NCBI GenBank assembly: GCA_964576535.1 | Contig: CAZNWB010000004.1 | Span: 10,597-74,596 of the forward strand | Origin: an uncultured bacterium | Lineage (GTDB): Bacteria; Methylomirabilota; Methylomirabilia; Methylomirabilales; 2-02-FULL-66-22 | DNA: 64,000 bases | Reading direction: 5' to 3' | Shown here: piece after piece, positions 36,172 through 45,580 of the stretch | How positions within the stretch are numbered: the stretch's first letter is position 1 | Layout of the letters: each line of letters opens with the position of its first letter | The notes under the pieces: model-generated | What the model was told of the DNA's origin: nothing | What the model saw: only the letters and a program-made list of their open reading frames with translations | Databases searched by the model: none | Made by a program: the position numbers and the translations under genes

Positions 36172-37410
36172 ATGACACCCCTCCGTACATCCTTACTCGT
36201 CAGGCGAGTCCAGTTGTTTGCTTGCGTTGCGATCCTCGCCGCCGGCTGCGCCGGCCAGATGCCTCGCCTACCCGAGGGGGCGGGCATGGCCCTCGGCTTG
36301 GGGAAGGCCTTCATGGACCGTCCCAGCTTTAGCGACGCCGACGAGGCGCGGATGGCCAGGGAAAATGCCAAGAAGTTCGAGGCCGAACATCAGATGTGGG
36401 AGGACCCGCTCCTCGAGGCCTACCTGACCCAGATCACCCAGCGGATCGTTTCCGTCGCCAAGCCCCGGCCCTTTCCCTACCGCATCCGCGTCGTCAACGA
36501 AGCGAGCATCAACGCCTTCACCTTCGGCGGGGGCCTCATCTACGTCCATGCTGGCTTGCTCGCCAGGATGGAGAACGAGGCAGAATTCGTCACGGTGCTC
36601 GCCCATGAGATCGCCCATGTGACGGAACAGCACGTGACGAAGGGGATCGAGGCGGCCTATGGCATCCAGCTCCTCGGGCAGGTTGCAGCGACTGGTGCTG
36701 CCGCGTCAGGGACCCTTCCGCCGGCGGCACTCGAGAAGACGTTCGAATACTCGATGAACGCCGCGATCAACGGTTATGGCCGGAGCCAGGAGACCGAGGC
36801 AGACGAGGTGGGCCTCGAGTACCTGGTCAAGGCCGGCTACGACCCTCGCGAGGCACCTCGGACGTTCGAGCAGCTCATGAAAGAGTACGGAGACCAGACG
36901 TCGTTCCAGAACTTCTTTTATGGAAGCCATCCGACGAACGCTGCCCGCATCGAGCGGACGACCGAACTCGTCAAGTCCAAGTACGCCAAAGATCTGGCGA
37001 CCCGGCGCCTGGTCGTGAACACCCAGGAGTTCATGCAGCGCACGCGGGTGCTCGTCGTCGCCACGGGAATCCTGGATTACGACACCAAGCGGTTCAACAC
37101 CGCGACCGCCATGTTCAAGAAGGCCGCGCGGGCCGATGCGGCCGACCCGGTGCCGCATTATTACCTTGGAAAGATCGCCCTGGAGACCGGCAGCGACGCC
37201 GGCGCGGTTGACCGGGCCATCGCCCACCTGGGCGACGCGACCAAGGCAGACGCCAAGTACGCGCTGGCCTATCGAGAGCTTGGACTCGCCTACTACCGAA
37301 AGGGCGACAAGCCAAAGGCGATCAGCGCCTTCGAGCGCTATCTTGCCCTCGATCCAAGCGCCAAGGATGCCGACCGAATCAGAGCTTCAATCACTGAACT
37401 CAAGCGGTAG
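36172..37410 (+). CDS. M48-family Zn-metalloprotease with C-terminal TPR repeats (BepA-like lipoprotein)
   Basis: Lipobox ILAAGC; HEIAHV zinc motif; ...EADEVG...; TPR-like C-terminus. Confidence 0.85.
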   Translation: MTPLRTSLLVRRVQLFACVAILAAGCAGQMPRLPEGAGMALGLGKAFMDRPSFSDADEARMARENAKKFEAEHQMWEDPLLEAYLTQITQRIVSVAKPRPFPYRIRVVNEASINAFTFGGGLIYVHAGLLARMENEAEFVTVLAHEIAHVTEQHVTKGIEAAYGIQLLGQVAATGAAASGTLPPAALEKTFEYSMNAAINGYGRSQETEADEVGLEYLVKAGYDPREAPRTFEQLMKEYGDQTSFQNFFYGSHPTNAARIERTTELVKSKYAKDLATRRLVVNTQEFMQRTRVLVVATGILDYDTKRFNTATAMFKKAARADAADPVPHYYLGKIALETGSDAGAVDRAIAHLGDATKADAKYALAYRELGLAYYRKGDKPKAISAFERYLALDPSAKDADRIRASITELKR

Positions 37411-37507
37411 CAGCGTGAAGCTGGTCATCCACCGGAAGCCGCCGGTACGTGTTGCGCCTGATGTGGGTTGCACGCATTAAGGCAGCGTGATCGCCCGGGA
37501 GGAGATC

Positions 37508-38021
37508 ATGCGCACATTCATGAAGCCGATCCTGCTGATCGTCGCAATACTGTTGATGCCGCTGACGCCCGCCGCCCAGGGACACGACGCCTCCTCCGCA
37601 CAACGGCAAAGGCCGGCTTCAGATCAAGGTCAATGGCCTGCTGGCAGTTGCCTATGACCAACATGTCCAAATGGCCTTGGACCCCCTTCTGCAGCCCGGG
37701 GCCATGAATACAATCACCTTTACATTCAACCGCCCTGGAGGCCAAGTCGAACTCTCAGTCAAAGCTCCCGGTAGCGATCAATGGGTTCCGATTCTGAAGT
37801 TCACCGCCCCACAGGGCAAACTGGAAGACAGCTTCGAGGTTCCATTCGTGGGGGAAGGAGGGCAGCAAGTTCGGGAGGCAGGAGGAAAGCCAGAACCAGC
37901 GAGATCGGCGCGCCCGATCCCCCAAAAGATCCTGACGCCAAAGAAATCGCGATATTCCAAAGCCGTGCCAGGCGGCGACAGCAGCTCTGCAACGTCTCGC
38001 CCCGAAAGGAGGGCCCAGTGA
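37508..38021 (+). pseudogene. Frameshifted short paralogue of the 35022 lipoprotein C-terminal domain
   Basis: The signal peptide MRTFMKPILLIVAILLMPLTPAAQG is in one frame (stop at ~37650). The domain GRLQIKVNGLLAVAYD...NTITFTFNRPGGQVELSVKAPGSDQWVPILKF...VPFVGE is in the +1 frame with no start before 37671. Confidence 0.55.
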
Positions 38022-38836
38022 AAACTTTCCCAGAGGGAATCGGCCGGCTAGTCCTTTTGCTTGTGACATCCCTTGGACTCCTGACGCTCCCATACGCATT
38101 GCCTGCCGAGGCCAAGTTTCACAAAGGGCTCTTGGATGACCCCAAGGGGAAGGCCGAGCGGTCCGCCGAGTGTGCGAAGGGAGATACCAAGGTCGAGAGG
38201 AAGATCGTAAGCGGTACGATCAAGCACGCGAAGGAGAAGTACAAAATCGCTTCCCTGGTCGACGCGAACGACGAGAAGCGCTCCGAGAAAGAGATGTATG
38301 ACTTTCTGAACTGGAAGCTTGGGTCCCCGTCGGCGGTGTGCGGTCAGTACATTACTGGGGGGCAAAAGCACTTCAATAAAGGTTACACTGACGAGGCTGC
38401 AGCGTCCCTGTTGGGGATGGAACTGCCCGGGGGCGGACGGACCGAGTTCAAGCTCCCGAAGAGGATCTCCGACCAGCTCAAGGCGCAGATCAAGAGTTGC
38501 GCGGACCAGGTTGCGGGTGCGGTCGCGGGTAAGGCGCCAGCGAGCCCGGCGCCGGCGAGCCAGTCGGCCACAGACAAGCTCACCGCCCAGGCGATGGAAA
38601 AGGTGTCGCCTGCCTGCAAGCAGCAGGTAGATAAGCTGCGCCAGCAGCTCGAGAAGGACTACAGCATCCCGCCGGAGCTGCAAGACATGGCCATCAAAAA
38701 GATTTCCGAGGCCGCGGTCGCGGGGACCAAGGCGGTCGACCGGATCGGATTCAACATGCCCAAGAAGTGGGATGTCGAAACAAGCGCCGTTGAGAAGCTG
38801 ATGGCCGAAAGACGGGCTGAAAGGGGTGCGCGGTAA
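38018..38836 (+). CDS. Secreted Lys/Ala-rich helical protein of unknown function
   Basis: The GTG start overlaps the previous stop (GTGA). Signal peptide VKTFPEGIGRLVLLLVTSLGLLTLPYALPAEA. Confidence 0.55.
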   Translation: MKTFPEGIGRLVLLLVTSLGLLTLPYALPAEAKFHKGLLDDPKGKAERSAECAKGDTKVERKIVSGTIKHAKEKYKIASLVDANDEKRSEKEMYDFLNWKLGSPSAVCGQYITGGQKHFNKGYTDEAAASLLGMELPGGGRTEFKLPKRISDQLKAQIKSCADQVAGAVAGKAPASPAPASQSATDKLTAQAMEKVSPACKQQVDKLRQQLEKDYSIPPELQDMAIKKISEAAVAGTKAVDRIGFNMPKKWDVETSAVEKLMAERRAERGAR

Positions 38837-39000
38837 GCGGCGACAAAGGGTCGAGACCAAACAATTGGCGCGGTTTCGCTGGGACATCGCGATTGCGGAG
38901 GGATCAACGAAGAGCAACCTCAGCGGCCTCTCGCCGAGGGCCACTGAGTTGTAGTTTCTGCCGTGAGGAGGACAGCCGAATCCGTAGAAGGAGAACGACG

Positions 39001-40914
39001 ATGATGCCGATGGCCAAGCCGACTCGTCTCGTCGCGGCGGTGGCCGCGACATTCCGTCCGGCCCTGCTCGCTCTCTTCGCTTTGTTCGTCTCAGGATTTC
39101 TCTGGCCGGCCGTGGCCGCGGAACCGTGTTGCCAGATCACCAGCATCGACACCAGCGGGGGCACGGTGACGGCCAAGGAATCGGCCAGCCAACGGACATT
39201 CCAGTTCACTGTAAAAGACCGTCTGCTCCTCTCTAGGCTCAAGGTGGGCCAGAGGATCTACGCGAACTTCAACAGCAAGCAGGTGTCTGTCGATGGCAGG
39301 GTGTTCTGCTGCCCGATCGTGACGATCTCGGCGGCTGCCCCGCAACCGGCGCCCCGACCGACCACTGCGCCGAGCACCCCGTCCGCCTCTCCACCTCGTC
39401 CAGCCCCAGGCGGACCGCCCCCCGCTGGGCAGCCGGCGACCGGAGCGGCGCCGCCGGTCATTACGTTGCCGAAAGCCTTCATTGCCACCGGCCCCGTGAG
39501 AAGATCGGCCCCGCAGCGCAGTGCCCAATGGGAATCGCGCCGCCTGAGCACGACGGTGGATGGCAAGCCCACCGACGTCGAGGTGATCCACCTCCGCGGA
39601 ATCGAGGGGATTGAAGCGGCCGACATTCCTGAGTCGGCGAAGGCGTTCTTCCTCACCCACGCCAAAACGCTCCCCCCGGATGAGGTGGCTCACTATGTGG
39701 TCAATAAGAAACAGATCGAAGAGTGGGCCAAGACTCATCCGATGCCCGAGACCTTGAAGAAGAAAAAGGAAACCCATCGTAAGCGCGGATGTCACAGCAT
39801 CTCGATGAAGTGCGCCAGAAAGGGAGTGGAGCATGTTTCAAAGGAAGTGTCGAAACAGGCCGAGGCTCTGCGAAAGGAGGCTCGCGACGAGTGGAAAGAT
39901 ATCTCGCGCGAACTCGGTCGCGGCTTGAAGATGACCGAAGGGGCACTGCTCGAGTGCTTTCGCGACCACACGATCTCGAGTGGCCCCATACGGATCGGGT
40001 CACTGACAATCCCGCCGAAGATCAGGTTCGCCGGGCCCCTTGCCACAGGCAAGGACGGCAAGGTGGACGGCAGGGCGAACATCAGTTTCCCCATCCGGTT
40101 GGATGAAGTCACTGTCGAAGTCAAAGCGTTCGTCATCCCCTGCGCGGTCACCGTGCCGGCGCTCCCCATCTTTGTACGTCCGAAGAGCGTTTCGCTTGAG
40201 GGAGTCCTGACCGTGGACAGCACCCTCGACCTGGAGCTCAACGCGAAGGGCAGGCTGACGAAAGAGATCCCGCTGATCCAGCGGACGGAGGTGAATCTCT
40301 TCACGACCGTCATCTTCATCCACGCGGTCCCGGTCGAGTTGGACCTCGGGATCGAGTTCGAGGGCCAGGTGGTCATCAAAACCGACGGTGCCCTGCACGC
40401 GACGTTCTGCGATGTGAGAAAGCGGAAGATCCGGTTAGACTTCGACTGCAACGGTAAAGGCTGCAGTGGCTCGCCGCGCGACCTGCCGGTGGACTTCACA
40501 CCCATACGGGATCTGCAAGTTGCTGCCCAAGGCCACGCCTCCATCAGGCCGGCCGTCTTCACCGCGGTTTCGTTGGATGTCAATTTCGGCGCTCTGGGGG
40601 CCCGCGTCGGGCCAGAGTTCTACGTGAGCGCCGAGGTCCAGGGCGCGGCACGCGCTGGCTCCTCCGGGACGCCGCCGGCCAGCCCGGCTGTAACCGCTGC
40701 CGGCCTTACGGCCAACTTGTACGCGGGCGTCGATATGCGCTACTTGGTTGACTTCCTGCAACCGGAATTCGCGCCAGGGGTGTCTCCCGTGAAGAGTTTG
40801 GAGAGCAGAGCCCATCTGTGGAAAGACAGCCTTCTGTCCAAATCAGTGGGCTCGCCGTCGGCCGCAGCCCAACCGAGCAAACCGGGCTCGGCGAGCGCGC
40901 GGTGTGCGAAGTGA
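39001..40914 (+). CDS. Large secreted protein of unknown function (CC-bracketed N-domain, Pro-rich linker, beta-rich C-region)
   Basis: ATG after GAAGGAG; signal peptide ending AVAAEP. The N-domain begins with CC and ends with FCCPIV. No family recognised. Confidence 0.65.
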   Translation: MMPMAKPTRLVAAVAATFRPALLALFALFVSGFLWPAVAAEPCCQITSIDTSGGTVTAKESASQRTFQFTVKDRLLLSRLKVGQRIYANFNSKQVSVDGRVFCCPIVTISAAAPQPAPRPTTAPSTPSASPPRPAPGGPPPAGQPATGAAPPVITLPKAFIATGPVRRSAPQRSAQWESRRLSTTVDGKPTDVEVIHLRGIEGIEAADIPESAKAFFLTHAKTLPPDEVAHYVVNKKQIEEWAKTHPMPETLKKKKETHRKRGCHSISMKCARKGVEHVSKEVSKQAEALRKEARDEWKDISRELGRGLKMTEGALLECFRDHTISSGPIRIGSLTIPPKIRFAGPLATGKDGKVDGRANISFPIRLDEVTVEVKAFVIPCAVTVPALPIFVRPKSVSLEGVLTVDSTLDLELNAKGRLTKEIPLIQRTEVNLFTTVIFIHAVPVELDLGIEFEGQVVIKTDGALHATFCDVRKRKIRLDFDCNGKGCSGSPRDLPVDFTPIRDLQVAAQGHASIRPAVFTAVSLDVNFGALGARVGPEFYVSAEVQGAARAGSSGTPPASPAVTAAGLTANLYAGVDMRYLVDFLQPEFAPGVSPVKSLESRAHLWKDSLLSKSVGSPSAAAQPSKPGSASARCAK

Positions 40915-41262
40915 AGGTCCTGAACGCGACGTTCGGGCGGCTGCGCTGATGGCCCTGCTCAACGCCGCCTCCGCGTCAGCCCAGCCGGAGTCGTCAGCAG
41001 CTCGTCTCCCGGTCTTCGAGTAGGAGGCCGGGATGAAGGCCGTTAGGTCGGTCGCGGTCGTTATTGATCTGGATTCGAGATCCTGCCCCAGCACAAGGAC
41101 TTCTTCCAGAAGGTCTCCGGAAAGCTCGACCCCGAGGTGCGATGGGCGCGGCAATTCAAGGGCGTGGACGGGTATGTGCCCGGCTGTGCGGCAGCGATGC
41201 GGGTGTCGCAGTAAGTCGGATCCACTACCCTCCTCCGGCGAGGGGCCGGGAAAGGCAAGACG

Positions 41263-42126
41263 ATGAAAAACATCTGCGGAGATCTGCACTTGCGCTGGGC
41301 CGCTCTCGGGTTTTTGCTTGCCATGACGATTCCCACGGCGGCGTACGCCGCGGCTCCCGACTCGCCGCTCCTCCCCGCGTGGGAATTCCGCATTGCCCAA
41401 GCCGCCATCCCAAAGCCCGTAGACAGAATCTCCCAGCCCACCGCTGTCGCGTATCTGGTGAATGGATTTACGGGCTGCTGCATCTCACCGAAAGTGTGGG
41501 ATTTTCTTCGCGGCAAAGGCGCGCGGGTGCACGAATCAAACTGGAACGAAATTGACAGGAAGGGAAATCCGGGTGACATCAACCCCTTTGATGCCAGTCT
41601 CCTATCTTGGAAGGTCCGTCCCGATCCGCCCAATGATGAAACCTTCATCAAGCAAATGCTGGAAGCCATCGGAAAAATCCCGCCCACAACTCCCCTGATC
41701 CTGATTGGGCATAGCTTCGGCGGTGACGCGATCCTGCAGGTGGCTACACGTCTCAACAAGAATACCGGGCGTCGGATTGCGTTTCTTGGCGTGCTCGATG
41801 CCGTGGGGAAAGGGGGATTGAGAAAGAATGTCACGAGTCCCGTCCCGCCGAATGTAGAGTACTTTTTCAACCGATGGCAGGCGAATCAGCCTTTCCAGGG
41901 TGACCACTTCATTCCCTTCGATCGGTCTCTCAACGGGGACATAAAGACTCACGCGCGTGACAACAGCCAGGGAAAGCAGAATACGGAAAAGACGGCCAAG
42001 TGCGACACGAAATACCGGGATCCCATCAAGGCGATTCCCCAACTTCTCCAGCATGGCGAAGTCCCGAAAGATTCCTGTATCCAACAGAAGATCATCGAAC
42101 TTCTCGCCGCCAGGATTTTCAAATAG
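41263..42126 (+). CDS. Secreted alpha/beta-hydrolase (lipase/esterase-like)
   Basis: Signal peptide ...IPTAAYAA; nucleophile elbow LILIGHSFGGDA (GxSxG). Lower GC. Confidence 0.7.
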   Translation: MKNICGDLHLRWAALGFLLAMTIPTAAYAAAPDSPLLPAWEFRIAQAAIPKPVDRISQPTAVAYLVNGFTGCCISPKVWDFLRGKGARVHESNWNEIDRKGNPGDINPFDASLLSWKVRPDPPNDETFIKQMLEAIGKIPPTTPLILIGHSFGGDAILQVATRLNKNTGRRIAFLGVLDAVGKGGLRKNVTSPVPPNVEYFFNRWQANQPFQGDHFIPFDRSLNGDIKTHARDNSQGKQNTEKTAKCDTKYRDPIKAIPQLLQHGEVPKDSCIQQKIIELLAARIFK

Positions 42127-42155
42127 GCCCTAGTTCCGGCAAAGGAGGAAATGTC

Positions 42156-43094
42156 ATGAGCACCAGGCTACCGAGCCTCACGATGATTGCCGCGCTGGTC
42201 CTGGGCGCGGTGGCCTGGCTCGCGCCGGGGCCTTTCTGCTGCCCCATCGTCAGCGCCGGCACCGCTCCACCCGTGCAAACCGCGCCAGGGGTGGCCACGG
42301 CCCTGCTCCGCCAGACGAAATTCGACCCTAAAGTCCACGGGTTCGAGTTCACCAACTACTTCACCGGTGACATCCTGGTGGATCTGCCCGTGATCGGCAG
42401 GGTCGACCTCGGTAATACAACCTACGGGCTCTGTGGCGGAATGATCTTTGCGGCCTACGACACCTTCAACCTCGGCGCCATGGCGCCCGATGTCCCCACC
42501 ACGCCTCCTGCCTCGGGAACCCCCATGCGTTCTTACATCTACGGGAGGCAGATGGACAGCCTCAGGAACAACGACTGGTTTCTGGTCCGCCGGCTCGTCT
42601 CGTGGATCCGGAAGCCCCTCAAGGACCAGACGGTTCCCAACCCGGCGGCCAAGGGTGGGGTCAATGTGCTCGAACGGGGGCTAATACATCTCTCGGGAAA
42701 GGAGTTCAAGAACAAGATCCAACCCGAGCTGAACGCGGGGCGGCCCGTGACTATCGCTCTCGTCAAAGCGTCGGGCGAAGACTTGCTCTCGAATTCCAAG
42801 GCCGCGTTCAGCAAAAACCATCAAGTCCTGGCCATCGGCTATCGCAAGCATGGCGACGAATGGCAGATCGACATCTACGATCCCAACTTTCCCAACACGA
42901 TTCAGACGCTCCACACCGACGGACGGTATCAGACCCAAAAGGGCACCACCACACACACCGGCAGTTTCCGTGGTTTCTACCGTGCGCCCTACAAGATCGA
43001 GAGGCCGCCATGGGTAAAGGCCAGCCCGACGGTGGCGAGTCGCCTCAAGAGTTTTCCAGCCGTATCCCTCGGGAGACCCGACTCCGACGATTGA
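42156..43094 (+). CDS. Secreted papain-fold-like protein (predicted Cys/His/Asp)
   Basis: ATG after AGGAGG. Signal peptide, then FCCPIV. Candidate catalytic TYGLCGGM ... NHQVLAIGY ... IDIYDPN. Confidence 0.5.
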   Translation: MSTRLPSLTMIAALVLGAVAWLAPGPFCCPIVSAGTAPPVQTAPGVATALLRQTKFDPKVHGFEFTNYFTGDILVDLPVIGRVDLGNTTYGLCGGMIFAAYDTFNLGAMAPDVPTTPPASGTPMRSYIYGRQMDSLRNNDWFLVRRLVSWIRKPLKDQTVPNPAAKGGVNVLERGLIHLSGKEFKNKIQPELNAGRPVTIALVKASGEDLLSNSKAAFSKNHQVLAIGYRKHGDEWQIDIYDPNFPNTIQTLHTDGRYQTQKGTTTHTGSFRGFYRAPYKIERPPWVKASPTVASRLKSFPAVSLGRPDSDD

Positions 43095-43278
43095 CATGGA
43101 CGCCGATATGGTTGCAGCAGTCAAAGCCGCCGGTGCGGCGCCTTGAGCGAACCTGGGTTCACGGTCATGACGGGTTTGCTGGTGGGAATCTCCCTCTTCG
43201 GGGAATGCCTGCCGCTTACAGCAGTCGGCATCTTTGTCCCGACATAGACACCCAAGTACGTACATGAGGAGACCCTCC

Positions 43279-44517
43279 ATGCGCGTCCGCGCCTTCCCGG
43301 TTGGCCTCGTCAAGTGCGGCCTAGTCCTCGCCCTCGCGCTCTCAATCCTGGTCGCCCTGGCAGCGCCCGCGGTCTCGGCACAGCTTTGCCCCCCGCCGGT
43401 GGTGAAGTCCCCGGAGTTGCTGGAGCCGAAAGGCTGGTGTTTCGTGGCCAGCAAGGACCCGAGACGGCCAGCGATCCTCCTCTTCCACGGCTTGCACCAA
43501 GGGGAGTGGAACTGGACGGCGCCGTCGTCGCATGACCAGTACATCTACAACTACAAGGAACACCCCAAGGTCCGTCACGAGACGAAGGAATCGCCGGGCG
43601 TCGGGATTTTCAAGATCGGGCGGTCGGAGAAGCTCGATCCGAAGAAGGTGGTGGACGACAACAACTGGTTCAATTTTCTTCTCAACCAGGGATATAGCGT
43701 CGCGACCTGGACACAGGACGGTCCCCGGTTCGAGGCGGCCTATCAGTCCGCCAAGAAGGCGTATCAGGTCTTTTTGAAAGAGACGTCTACCCGCAGTTCC
43801 TCAGCGCCGCCGCCCATCGCACTGATCGCCCACAGCCGCGGTGGACTCGTGATTCGACGGCTGCTCAAGGACCTGGAGAACGACGTGCGGCGGGTTCGGT
43901 GGGTGATCACCCTGCACTCCCCCCACCAGGGCAGCGATATGGCGCGGGTGCCATCCCAGATCTTTGGCGAGATCACCGACCTCTTGAATCCGGTGCCTCT
44001 GCCCAAGAAGATCAAGGAGGAGCTCCACGAGCTGGCCGTCGAAATGGCGCGGCCGCTCACGAAGTTCGTCACCGATCACACGAAGGCCGGCGACGAGTCG
44101 CGAGAACTGATGCCGGGTGGGCCGCTCTTCAGGAGCCTTGAAGACGGGGAGAAGGCGCTTCCGGGGGTGAAGTACTACACCTTCGGCGGCACGAACCCAA
44201 GGTACTACCGGCTCTACACTTGGGTATTCACGCCGGGCAGCGCGACGCCCCAGTTTCGGGGCCTCGACAAGTACTTCAAGTGGGAGATCAAGCCGGTGGA
44301 GATCGAGCAGATTTCGCCGATGTTCGACAAGGTCCGGGACTTTGCCGGAGAGATCAAACCTGGATACGGGGATGGCCTCGTCACCGACGAGCGGGCCCGA
44401 CTGCCGAAGAAGACCTTTCCGAACGCGATCCACGAGACGACCAAGCTCAACCACGCTGAGGTGTTATGGAACTCGGATCTCCAACGGAAGGTCGTCAGCA
44501 TCCTGGCACGCCCCTGA
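43279..44517 (+). CDS. Secreted alpha/beta-hydrolase (lipase / PGAP1-like)
   Basis: ATG after AGGAGA; signal peptide ...LAAPAVSA. LIAHSRGGLV nucleophile elbow; ITLHSPHQGS motif. Confidence 0.65.
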   Translation: MRVRAFPVGLVKCGLVLALALSILVALAAPAVSAQLCPPPVVKSPELLEPKGWCFVASKDPRRPAILLFHGLHQGEWNWTAPSSHDQYIYNYKEHPKVRHETKESPGVGIFKIGRSEKLDPKKVVDDNNWFNFLLNQGYSVATWTQDGPRFEAAYQSAKKAYQVFLKETSTRSSSAPPPIALIAHSRGGLVIRRLLKDLENDVRRVRWVITLHSPHQGSDMARVPSQIFGEITDLLNPVPLPKKIKEELHELAVEMARPLTKFVTDHTKAGDESRELMPGGPLFRSLEDGEKALPGVKYYTFGGTNPRYYRLYTWVFTPGSATPQFRGLDKYFKWEIKPVEIEQISPMFDKVRDFAGEIKPGYGDGLVTDERARLPKKTFPNAIHETTKLNHAEVLWNSDLQRKVVSILARP

Positions 44518-45033
44518 CCGCTGTCGGCCCCCCCGGGGGCCCGACCGACTCCTTACCAGGGAGGGTCTCGTCAGCACGACCCATCAGCGTCTCATGTTCT
44601 CGATGACGGAGGTGCTCGTGAAGATTTTGTTGCTCCTCTCGGCCTGGCCCGAAGGCCCGGCGGACGCTCACCTTCCTTTGGTGGGCACTGCCCGCGGACC
44701 GGCCTAGAGCAGCCGTAAGCTCCGCGGCGCGGTCGGCCGCGCTCATGTGCAGCCGTTGTCGGACTCCGACAGGGCCGGCCACTACGGAGATCCTCGGAAG
44801 AAAACCCCAACAGAGCGCCATCAACCCGACGACGCGGCCGCTGAGGGCTGGCCTAGATTAATGGTGGCCCGGTCGGGGGAAGGCGGTGTCCCGTGATGAG
44901 AACCATCGCCCCACGGCCGGATCCGCCTAGCGTCAGTCGTGCTCCCAGAGGGGCTCCTGACGCCGGGAGGGGCAGGCCCTGCAGCTGAGCTTTATCGTTG
45001 TGCTTCAGCAAGTAGGAGCAAGGTGGGGACCGG

Positions 45034-45528
45034 ATGAAGGGAGACTCCATGAATCGTGCCGCGTTTAGTACCCTCACCTCCGAAGTCTCCACAGCCATCG
45101 ATGTCATCCTCGAGAACGCGGCGTTCATCGCCAAGGAAACGCCGACCCTTACAGTTAGCCAGAACCGCAAGGCCGAGGTGCTCGAAATATGCAACGCCTT
45201 TGAGGAGACGCTGATCTTCGATGTGAGGAAAGAAGTCGGGACGCTTGCGGACAAACTGGGACTCCATCCAGGCGAGGAGCCCTTAGATCCGAATGTGGTG
45301 AATCCGGACCCCCTCGTTAATATCAGGTTTATCAGGGAATGGACGTGGCAAGAGATCGCGAAACTTGACAGGGTCATCAGGAATCTTCCAGAAGACACGA
45401 AGGGCACCGAGGAAATACAGTTCGCAATCCTCCTGAGGGAATCGGGGGCCAATATTCTTAGCGCCTACGAGCGACTGTGCGCTGCCACGGACGAGATTAG
45501 CCGGCTGTGGGCGGAGCATCACAGGTGA
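45034..45528 (+). CDS. Hypothetical cytoplasmic protein
   Basis: 164 aa, acidic and helical, lower GC. No motif recognised. Confidence 0.5.
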   Translation: MKGDSMNRAAFSTLTSEVSTAIDVILENAAFIAKETPTLTVSQNRKAEVLEICNAFEETLIFDVRKEVGTLADKLGLHPGEEPLDPNVVNPDPLVNIRFIREWTWQEIAKLDRVIRNLPEDTKGTEEIQFAILLRESGANILSAYERLCAATDEISRLWAEHHR

Positions 45529-45580
45529 CCAGGCTCCCCATCCTCGTCGGCGCAGTGCTCTGCCGGAGGCTAAAGGGGCG

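Noticed and set aside
41068-41214. Coding-looking frame in the 40915-41262 gap reading SGFEILPQHKDFFQKVSGKLDPEVRWARQFKGVDGYVPGCAAAMRVSQ*.
   Set aside because: No start codon after the upstream in-frame stop, and no family recognised. It may be a gene relic, but it cannot be supported as a feature.
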